The notes under the pieces: generated by a model | The model's input: only the letters and a program-made list of their open reading frames with translations | What the model was told of the DNA's origin: nothing | Databases searched by the model: none | Part shown: positions 53,378 through 64,000 of the stretch, in pieces | Position numbering within the stretch: the stretch's first letter is position 1 | How the letters are laid out: the number at the start of each line of letters is the position of its first letter | Assembly: GCA_048128005.1 (NCBI GenBank) | Contig: JBEUKZ010000016.1 | Span: 186,001-250,000 of the forward strand | Length of the DNA stretch: 64,000 nt | Direction of reading: 5' to 3' | Source of the DNA: Veleropilina oligotropha | Lineage: Eukaryota | Made by a program: the position numbers and the translations under genes

Positions 53378-53710
53378 ATGTTCCCCTGCCAAAATAGGTG
53401 CGGGGAATATTAAAATGCGAACCGTCCGTGCGGGCGCGCTCCGTCCGTACGTGCATATTATCGTTTCCGAATCGTATCTCTTAAACTGCTCAACATATCT
53501 TTACGAAATTTGGTGTGTGTTTTAAACTGTTGCTGGACTATTGCCCCCATGCTGGGTGGCGATTATTGTCAGAATTAATGCTCTTAATTGTTGTTATTTA
53601 AGATAATTTGCACGAGCGGACGTACGTGCGCATGCTCGGATAATTTGAATTTTAATAAACCCCGCAAATTATTTTTTGCAGGGAATAATTATCTGTAAGT
53701 TAATTATTCA
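53378..53710 (+). mobile_element. Degraded Helentron-type element
   Basis: TTCCCCTGC..GCGGGGAA hairpin, CGTC repeats, core similar to the 51.4 kb element. Confidence 0.5.
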
Positions 53711-53989
53711 TTGCTGACGGATAGAACGTTAGTGTTTCGGAAATGTTTTCTTTGCCGAAAAATTGAGTATAGTTACTATAGGCCTATATGGATTTACCTG
53801 AAATTTTCTGGAAAGTTAGATTGCCATATCCTTGCATAGCGATGTTAATTATACCACGGTATTAGCTAATAGCATATGCGCAGATACTAGTATATAGCTA
53901 GGCCTACTTAAAAAGCTAACATTACAAACCTCCCCCGACGATTAGAACTTCTGGGAAAAATGGATTGCTTTACAAATAAAGCTTGGTAA

Positions 53990-55465
53990 ATGTCAGTAAA
54001 GCTCCAGGTCCAGACAGCACATATCCCAAATTGCTAAAATCCGATAAGGATGAATTAGCAAAGCCATTAGCCCTGATATTCATTAAACTCTACATGAAGG
54101 CAGCTTGGCTGATGACTGGAAGACGGGAAATAGTACATCAATCTTTAAAAAGGGTAGTCGATCAAATACCCAAAATTATGGACCTGTTATAGTCTGACAT
54201 CAATAGTAGGCAAAATAATGGAAACTATCTTAAAGAATACTATCTGAAAACACATGAATAAATTTGGCCTTCTAAACCTAAGTCAGCATGAGTATATGGA
54301 GGAAAGAGCTTATTTGACAAACTTACTGGTATTTTTTTAAGATGTAACAACCGCAATTGACACGGGCAAACCAGTTGTTAATCATATATCTTGATTTTCA
54401 GAAAGCATTCGATAAAGTACCACATAAACGACTATTACAAAAATTAAGTAACCATGACATTAAAGGCTCAATACTAAATTGGATATGTAAGTGGCTAGAA
54501 AATAGAAAACAGAGGGTTGTAATAAATGGGATAAGTCAAAGTGGGAACCCGTACTAAGTGGAGTACCACAAGGTTCAGTTTTGGGACCATTGTTGTTTAA
54601 ATGACATTGATGACGTCATTTCATCTCTAGTAAAAAGTGTGTAGACGATACGAAATTGTACAGAATTATGGAAACTGAAGAAGATGCAAAGAAACTTCAA
54701 ATTGACTTAAATAATGTGGTAAAATGGTCTGAGGATTGGCAAATACGTTTCAACACCAGTAAATTATGTAAAGTAATGCATGTGGGTTATAACAACAATA
54801 CCTATAATTATGTAATGGGTTCAGAAACTTTATAAGAAGTGGCCAAAGCAAAAGATTTGGGTGTATGGGTAAGCAAGACATTCAAAACATCAAATCAATG
54901 TGCAGAGCCAGATAAAAACGGAAACCAAATATTGGGAATGATAAAGGGAAACTTTAATTTTAAATCTAAAGCCATCATAACTCGCCTATGCAAGCAAATT
55001 ATTAGACCGCATTTAGAATATGCAGAGCAAGCATGGTGTCCATATCTTGCAAACTTGAAAGGATATCAATATTCTAGAACAATTAGTTCAAAGAAGAGCC
55101 CCAAAATTGATAGGATAATTAAGGGAATAAACACATGAGGACAGACTATATACTCTATATAAGAACACGTACTGAACTTCACAACATTATCTATGTGAAG
55201 AATAAAAGGTGATAATATGATTCAGGTGTTTAAAATGTTTACAGGAAAATACAACTTTGACAATAGTTTTTTCCCCCAGATGAACCAAAGGCATATAAAA
55301 GCTAGGGGGGATATCAATACAAGATTTACAAAACACGATTCAGACTAGACGTACGATAGAAAACACTTTTTCTCAAATCGGGTTGTCGATGCTCTACCTA
55401 ATAATGTAGTGGAATCGACATTATGTAAACCAATTTAAAAATCGCCTAGATGAGCATTTTAAGAA
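53990..55465 (+). pseudogene. CR1-like LINE reverse transcriptase, degraded
   Basis: KAPGPD, YLDFQKAFDKVPH, SGVPQGSVLGPLLF, DDTKL, IRPHLEYA..WCPY with stops and frameshifts. Confidence 0.9.
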
Positions 55466-55869
55466 GCAGCTAGGGCAGGTTATAGCTAGAGCAGACAAGA
55501 CAGCTTCAATGGATTTTTATATGAGTGTCAGTAATAATGTGCTTTCTAAACCCAAACAAATTATTTAAATTCGCTCGCGGACACACAAAGGTCTGATATA
55601 TGCTATACAGTTGCAGGTGAGTTGCCTAGCTACTTTCAGTAGTTACCGATTTATTGATATTAATTTTGTTTTAGTTGATTAATAAAATACTTCTATTTAA
55701 ATTTCACATATTTCATTTTTTGCTGATTTCTTTAGGCCTATATTTCACCAGGACAACAAATTACACTACTAATTTACGCAATCTAATTAGTTTGGCGAAA
55801 TTTATCTTTACGCACCTTCGTAAAGTTCGCCGCTCAAATATAAACGACATTTTCCTGTAAAAAATGTGT

Positions 55870-56202
55870 GCCCTTTCGGTACTTCCCCACAGATCCGGCT
55901 TTTATACATACTTAAGGAGCTCCGGCTTTTATTCGTCTTAAATTTTCACACTCCGCGTATTATCGGCCTTGTCAATTTCTACTAAAGTCAAATGCAGCTT
56001 GCGATAAGATACACGTGATCGGTACGTAGTTGTATTGGCTTTACAAACGTATATATACACCGGACCGCCCCTTGAGCCTGGACTGACCGAGGTTCACCTG
56101 TTGCTAGTCCATGGATTTAACATTAACGACGCGGAGATGAAAAACCGGATTTCCAAAGTTAAGTAAAAGCCGGAGCTGTGGGGAAGTACCGAAAAAGCGC
56201 CC
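55870..56202. mobile_element. MITE, inverted second copy of the 52.2 kb family
   Basis: Same TIRs; internal sequence reverse-complementary to 52,203-52,508. Confidence 0.75.
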
Positions 56203-57052
56203 AAAAATGTATCAATTATATTCCATTAAAGAGAAAATGCACTCTTTTTGTGACTGTGTAGCATATGACTGATCATACTTTATCGCACGGTTCGCGCAGA
56301 TTGATACAAATTTCGCGAAGATATGATATATATTATCATATATGATCAAATGATAGACTTTTATTGAAAATATTATTGTAACTGGACAATATATGTTATT
56401 GTCAAGTAGAAAGCTATCTTGTTCCAACTAGGTCAATTGGACTCGGTGCGAGGTAATTAAACGCGGACCGCGTTTTATTATTTTTAAATATCCAGTAGCG
56501 ATTAATTTAAACTGTAGCAAATTACTGACGAAAGTTGAGTGTTGAAAATTCCCTAACTTTTTATGTTATAATACAAAAAGTGTAATGCGGTTAGTTTTCT
56601 TTTTTAAAAAGAAAGAGCGCATTTACGGGTAATATAGTCTCTTTAAAATTTCATGCACTCATTAAAAGTACAATATAACAAATACGAGTCAAGTAACGCA
56701 TTTCACTCTTTTCAATTGGTTTGTAAATGGGATTTTTTTATAAATTTGTATGGCCCATAATGATATAATTATGTCTGTGGAAAATAAAAAGTGTAAATAA
56801 GTGACAAAAGTTTGCTGGGGTTATTTCCCTTGCATGGGTTTTGACATGCGCAGTGACTATTTGTTATTGCCCGGCGGATATGAAACAACAACAGAAAGCA
56901 AGCCTCTACTTGCAAGCTTGCAAACTCCCATTACAAAAATGTCCGTGTTTACTTTGATTTAACAGTCATCGTGGATATTTAACGTTTACATATACAATGC
57001 ATCCTGAATGTAGGTAAACTTATGATAGCTCGTATTGGTATTGTTTATTGAA

Positions 57053-60000
57053 ATGGCTGAATTTAGCACTCCGCTTCCAACATTTGTTCCGCCTGCGGCA
57101 TTCGCATTGAGTTTATCGTCTGCTAGTTCAGCGATTTCTCATGAAGGAGGCGCTAAACCCAACAGGTATTCTAGCTCAGAATTTTCAGAACAAATCCGTC
57201 TTCTGGAAATAGAGGGAGGAAAACTACGAGCTTCGGTTGCAGCCAGCCTGTCTGAGGTCATAGGTAAGTTTACTTTTCAATATAATAATACTCCGGTCTT
57301 ATATAGCGCTTTATTACGCTAGTGTCTCAATGCGCTGAACATTATTACCCCTGGTTATTGGCCTGTTCCATTCGATATGCCATCTCAACTCCCTCTGGGA
57401 GCATTACAGTCATTTACACGCGGGTAGCGCCGTGACTTACATAACTGCCAACCAGGTACCCATTCAGATCGGCTGGGTGGACCGAGGCAAATATATGCTT
57501 ATTTCCTTGCTAAAGTGAAATCGCCGAGCTCTGGGGGTGAACGCGAGACTCTGCGACCAGAGTCATGTGAACAACGCCAATTTTTACTGTTCAATCTCAT
57601 CTGACAATTCCAATCACATCATTTACTGAGACATGTATAATTTTCCCATTTTATAACACAACTTTCTGATACACTAACCCTAAGGATAATGCCCATATAA
57701 TAATGTACTAGTATTACTAGTAGTATACCCAGTATAGGTATGCTACAAGTACGAAACTGGTTAATAGGCTACATCTCCTGCATTGGAGTAATTGCAATTC
57801 CGTAACTTTATGTGTTACAATGTAATGTTATTGAACTCTTTCCTATTTCAGAAAGTCCACCTTCACCTGAAAGCCGTAATATGTCCCATCTCAACAGAAA
57901 TGAGGTAATTATGATTTAAATTAATTGTCCTGTAAATACATAGGTTGCAGACACGTGACCAAAACCACGTGATCGCCAGTCGTCCGCCATCGCTCAAGGA
58001 AAGCTATCTGCGTTCTCGATCAAATGAATACCGCTCAATATGTAAATATTTCTTAGAAATCAATTAAATATGAGTACGGTTAATTACGTGTGAAAGAGCA
58101 TTCAGTTAATGTTTGAATATTCACGAAATTGAGTTGAAGATATGTCGCAACCGCAGATCTAGAAAACAATTTAAAGAAAGCAAATACATATTTTTAATAA
58201 GCTGCTTTATATACGGGCTTCAGTTAATTGGTCCCTACGTTTGATGCGTATTATTATATAAGTTATCGTATGTAATTTACTAAATGTAGTAGGCCTATTA
58301 TAGTACATACTTTTTATCGTTTTACCGATGGATATTGAATGTTTCTCCGACTTGAAAGTCATGCAAAGAACACGCGCGTGCACACGTCGTTTATTAATTA
58401 GTACCACTCTGCAGTGCTAATTGTTATTTTTCAATGGTTATTGTCTAGTTGGTTGTTAATCCAATTGAGAACACAGGATGTCATTGCCAAGCTGATTAAA
58501 TAGGTAACATTTTATGTGTGGCAGACCTATTCAATTGTTTCTTGTGAACAAATCAACAAAAATATTTTGACTGAAATAACCAGCTTGCGGAATTTGAACG
58601 TTCCGCAATAAGATATAGTTCTTGGTCTAACGTCTCTCACGGCGAAATTAAGAAACAAATTTGTAGTACGTCTACATTTCCAATGGTAACACGATTAAGA
58701 TTTTATTTTTTATTTTGCTATTGGGCAGAAATCTGTGTTAAACGTAACGTGTCGCACATGTTTGGAAAATCTACGGAGTTCTGTATCAATGCGCGTATGA
58801 TCTAGTTCCCTATCAGTACTCACGATCGACCATGTGCACAGGCCAAGGACATATACGAAATAAATTTCGCATTAAATACCGTAATACACTGGGAATGCGA
58901 AAAAAAATTCACTTTACAATGGATAATATTTGCATGCATGATGCACAACCAAAGGGGGACTATATACCGTAGGCGTCCGCGTGTTATAAGTCAATATCTC
59001 AGATTTTGATGAGCGCTCTGATATATTGTTTCTATTCGATGGATGTACAACGCTATTGTCACCGTTGACACTTGAATAAAGAACAAAAAAGGTATTTATA
59101 AGGCTAATTGAAAGATTCAAATGAAATTTTAGCTATGGCTAGGCGTAATTATTGGACCAGTTACATACATGTGATAAACCTAAAACAGCATTCCAGGAGA
59201 TTGGGGTCAATATTCCAGAAGATTCCAGAAGTATTTTTATCCACGTATTTTATCGTTGATTTTGTAATATATTTGTAATTGTTTGCATAAAAATGACATT
59301 ACTGTACTGTTTTAATCTTTAAAATTGATTTATTAGTATTTGAAATTGATTTATTAATATTTTAAATTCATTTATTAATATTTTAAATATATTTAAAATT
59401 AAGGTTATTAATCTGAAATTCATTTTCAAATATTTATAAATCAATTTCAATGAATTATAAAAAATATTAATAAAAACCTATTTTTGTGCACGATGGCTTG
59501 CCATAGTTTTCACCAAATTGACAGGTAGCCATTTTGTTTGCGTCCATGTGCTGTGACATACGTTTTAATTGCATTTTATGATTAAAACTTGATAAATCAT
59601 GGCAAATATCACAGCAAAAGGTATGTTTTTTAATTAGTTGCCATCATAGAGTCCATTCATTATATTTATAAGTCAAATAATTCAGCAATTGATCTACTAA
59701 GTTTGACAATATGAGTGACCCAATTAGTCAAAGATTGTTGCGTCAGACATTTTCTCTTTGTTTGAAGATGAATGGCCAATTAAGGAACAATGCTGGCATA
59801 GTTAACAGCAATCCCAGTAACATCCTTACTCTTCTGAATTACATTGCAAGAAAATAATATTGTGGAAATAAATTATACTGAAGAATAAATTGTCTCTGGA
59901 GTATTATCTGATTTTGACCGAATTATGCCATTTCCGGAGACTCCCGAAATAGGTCATTTTGGGGGTGCCGATTCCGGGAGTATTATCCTCCCGGCGGGAG

Positions 60001-63000
60001 GTATCACATGTATGCAGTTATTTAATTTAAATGACGAACGCTCTGCTGTTGTTGGATGAACTAAACCAAATCGAAAGTACCGTCACAACGCTTTCCGTGA
60101 ATTTCTATCTTTATCATTTATTTTCATATTATTGAATCGATTTATATCCCTCGTGTTATTCCTTTCCTTGAGCAATGGCGCCGCCCACAGACTTATGGGA
60201 CTGCGTGACGTCATCTGCAACCTATGTATTAGTAATCTTACGTCATGTATATTAACATGCCTGCATTTTATTTTGTCAGAAAGAGCAGACGGCTTGTTGC
60301 CAATCTCTCAACCTGTATTCAGTAGTCAAGTAATAACTATATATTGTGTAAATGTGTTATTTTGATTTACATTATAGTGATATTCACTCTCTGGAGGAAG
60401 TACCATTGATTTGTTTTGTGTTATTGGCATTTTAATCTTTCATTTGGCTAAGCATATACATGGGTTATTTTTCTATGGAATCTAGTGGAATTCGAGTATT
60501 GGATGGCATTGATATTCCATGACGTTCTATTGATTTCAGGTTAACAGTGCTGCATCACTGATTTCTCTGATGACAACCAGCGTATCGCCAGACCAGAAAA
60601 CCATCTCCGATCTCAGGTATCAATTGTGAAATTAATTACGGTAATATTATTATGCGACCTTAAATGGATAAGTTTTAGTTTTATTGCTTATGTATATTTA
60701 AGGTTTGTGATCAGGCCTTATACATCAACCAACTTGTCTTGTTGCTTGGGATGCTCCTGTTGTCATGTGGTCTCGACTGCCGACTCTGAAACCACTGGCT
60801 TGACTGGTCTAACAAACAGGAGTTCATTCGAATGCTGGTTCAAGGTTGGGGCAATGTCATTCTTTGTTATATACTTAAATTCTTTGTTATATACTTAAAT
60901 ACTTAAATTGTGGTAGAGTAGATTAGACTATTGTGTAGAGTTAAGTCATTATTGTCTATATATTTATACATGTTTCATATGCTGTTTTGATTTTTATGTA
61001 TGTATACATATATATTTAGTTTAGAGAAGGCCACAAGGGAGAATAGTTCCAGGACTAATTGTACTACCTTCAGAAAATAAAGAATTATTATTATTATTAT
61101 TATTAATCACAGTCGGTAGTGACTGGCCGAAGAGGGCAAGTTTCCGAGCAGGCTTTCAGCTTGCGATAATATAGACGTCTTGGATGGAACCTGAAAGTTG
61201 TGAATAATTTTAATAAACTGGACATTAAGCATCAATCCCATCCTTGTTGCTTTTTGGAGATATATGACTACAAATCCAAAAATGTATATCATTCTTATGA
61301 ACTAGCCTGCTTATCATATTCAGTATATATGCTGTATTTTTATAGTTGCAAATGTATCCAAGATGTTTGCTTTCTAGACTTCAGCTTGAATCGCAGAAGA
61401 AGGAAACAGACCGCCTGCAATCACAGCTGATCACCGACCTAACGAGCAGCGTGACGAGATCCGCTCCTCATGCCCCACCCTTCTCTACGCCGCCGGTCAC
61501 GGAGCTCGCATCCTCCATATCATCCGCAAGGAAGGCTTTTGAATATCTTCCACCGTGAGTATATTATGAACAGTGGTTCATAAATCTTTGTGAACGACGG
61601 ACCAAATATGTCAGTTTTAGGACAAGCGACATAATACGTTGTTTTTGTATTTTCTTCCTTACATGGTATAAATGATGTAACTTGTCGTCCATCAAAATTC
61701 AACATATGCTTTCAACTGAAGTCGAGCCACACCAGTGCAGTCAATGTAACTGGATTGAGAGATACTCTGGTGTGGTATAATTACCTCAGGCACAAGTACC
61801 ATAGATGTGTTCATTTGATAAAATAATGCCATTAAGTTGTTCATATAGCAATTAGCAACTGTAGATAATATGTCTGTTGCCCTGTGATATTCAATTTTGT
61901 AATATTTCGATCATTTTGCTATAGGTCTCATCTGGAAAAGTCACTCAAGGATTCTCAAGAACAAGTAGCAGATCTCAGAAAAAGATTAGTAGAGGTAATG
62001 TGAATATCTTGATTAACCTCTTTTTGCATGTGACATGTTATTTGACAGGTGGTTGGTTGTTATTAATGAGGATTTTTAGTCTTTGTTAATCTAATGGATT
62101 TTGACAGCCTATCATATTGCATGATTCAATTTAGTGCGACTTCAGCCATTGCAGTGATAATTTAACATCAGCTTTGTTGTGTTTATGAACAGTTTATTAG
62201 ATGGCAACAGTCAATCAGATTGGAATAAATATGCAAGAGGACCATGCTCCATACAGCACCATGCAGTGTCGTATCAGGACATATATATATTATCGGTGTC
62301 AGAGGAGATTCTGGTGAAACCTACCTGCCCCTTCCTGTTATGGACCACAGTGACGGCTATCTCCAAGAAGTCTTAGACCATGCAGTCCCAAAACATTTGA
62401 TTTGGAAGCCAGCGCAATCAGTATTGTATGAGCAACAATATTTGTCATTGTGGATACATTTTCGGCGAATAGTCAGATTAGTAAATTAATGTATATATGC
62501 AAGGTGATAATTAATGGGCAGTTCAAAAGTTAATAAACATAATATATGTCTTCAACAGTCAAACCAGATATCGGAGGAACAGAGGCGTCAGTTCCGCAGC
62601 AATATCGAAGAACTGAAGTCGAAGCTCCACGAGACCGTTGTGAACAGAGACACTGTATTGGAACTCAGGTTCAGTAACATGTATACAGATTTTCAGCAAT
62701 TGTAATGGTTAACTATTTTAACAATCCATTATATGATTGATAATTAATTTCATGAATTTATTTAAATGTAAATACGATTATATCGACAGTTAATTTTGGC
62801 TGATTGATTTCATTGCATGTTTTTTGACATAATTGAAAACCATGGTTTAACATCTCGATCCGATCAGACTGGTTTTTCTTCAACACCCGCCAAACTTTTC
62901 GGCATGGTCACCTGATGAGACACAACGTTGCTTAACTTCGGTAATCTCATGAGAACCGGTGCGTTCCATTTAAACTGTCAATAGCTACATCGCTAAGAAT

Positions 63001-64000
63001 GTGTTATTTTTATTAACCTCGTCACTCCGGGAGCACGAAATTTCGCGCATTGGGTATGTGTTGGGGAATCCCCTTAATACTATGCACTCATTGGTTAAAA
63101 TTGCGAGTCATTTGCTAGAAATAAACTGTCTACCGATACATGGTGACACTTTTAGGTCATCCCTGCCAATCTGTGTCATTTTATCGCCAGTTGTTCCTGG
63201 CTTGTTCATATAAGTAAACTTAGCTATTTTTAGTGAAATGGTGATATATATGCAGCGTAGTCAAGGATTATATATTGTACATGATGTGAAATGATTGTTA
63301 GATAAGATGAGTGATGTTAATTTTAATTTAGATGAATACGATGATTCGGAACATTCTGATATTGATGGGGGGTCCTAATGGGGGTTTGCCGCTAATGATA
63401 TCCACGCCATCGACCACGCCCACCCCCAGGAACCGATGACAGTGATCAAGAGAGTGATCAAAATGAATATTATTTTGTTGATAGTGACTCTTACGATCAT
63501 GGGGTTGCTAGATGAGGGAATGTGTATGTAAACAGAGGCAGGCCTTCACAACATATGGGCAAGGACGTTGAAGGTGCTGGCCGTGCCAGACCACATTTAC
63601 GTGGGGATGGGCGTGGTCATGGTCGTAGGTATGGCAGACGTGCCTGATCTCGGAGTCATTTAAATGGATTTAAATAGAATTTGTTTGGGTTTATGAAGTG
63701 CATTACTGCCACTCATATTAAAACCCATTGTCGTTTCTGGTCATCTATAGCCTGCCCTGTTTCTTAAAATAATCATCTATCCGGTTTTTAAATTGGTTTA
63801 CAGATGTTGATTGTACTACATTACTAGGAAGATTGTTCCATTCATCGACAACCCGATTTGAGAAAAAGTGTTTTCTAACGTCTAGTCGGAATCACAACCT
63901 GTACAATTTAGTACATGCTATTTAATTGTGATCGTCATTGTTCATTGTAGATATTGTTTGAACGTAATTTCATATTTTTATTGCAGGAAGAAGGAGTCGT
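57053..64000 (+). CDS. CCDC158: Coiled-coil protein, CCDC158-like, 5' exons: 57053-57263, 57852-57904, 60540-60616, 61378-61554, 61925-61994, 62559-62668, 63987 onward
   Basis: Phase-consistent GT/AG exons. HLEKSLKDSQEQVADLRKRLVESNQISEEQRRQFRSNIEELKSKLHETVVNRDTVLELRKKES resembles, from recall, the CCDC158 N-terminal coiled coil. Confidence 0.7.
57283..57578 (-). mobile_element. SINE-like repeat, uninterrupted copy
   Basis: Reverse complement of the joined halves flanking 32,110-32,835. Confidence 0.65.
62905..62986 (-). pseudogene. 5S rRNA-derived fragment
   Basis: Minus strand GAACGCACCGGTTCTC..GATTACCGAAGTTAAGCAACGT..GGTGACC follows the 5S rRNA consensus; internally deleted. Confidence 0.65.
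63700..63895 (-). mobile_element. CR1-like LINE 3' fragment
   Basis: Reverse complement matches about 55,335-55,400 (GACTAGACGT..AGAAAACACTTTTTCTCAAATCGGGTTGTCGATG). Confidence 0.7.

Overview
Eukaryotic (invertebrate animal) genomic DNA in two parts. Positions 1-27,940 are GC-rich and intron-free and hold a nested cluster of endogenous Polinton/Maverick-like (adintovirus-like) DNA viruses: element A (left part outside the window, right end at 12,225), complete element B (12,294-27,919, about 15.6 kb, 5'-AGCAGC...GCTGCT-3' termini, CTACT target duplication), and the split right terminus of an inferred third, outer element. A and B are colinear but diverged. Each encodes major and minor capsid proteins, an A32-type packaging ATPase, an rve integrase and several membrane proteins. 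Each also encodes one large replication protein carrying OTU-like protease, divergent PolB, SF1 helicase and HNH-like motifs. No separate adenain-type protease was recognised. B additionally shows a membrane protein with adjacent PSAP and LYPxL motifs and a secreted Cys-rich protein. Positions 27,941-64,000 are AT-rich host DNA containing the last six exons of a multi-C-type-lectin type I membrane receptor (the viral cluster appears to lie in one of its introns), a 57-bp satellite array, MITEs, Helentron-type elements, SINEs, LINE fragments and the 5' exons of a CCDC158-like gene. All calls come from motif reading by eye; no database searches were run.
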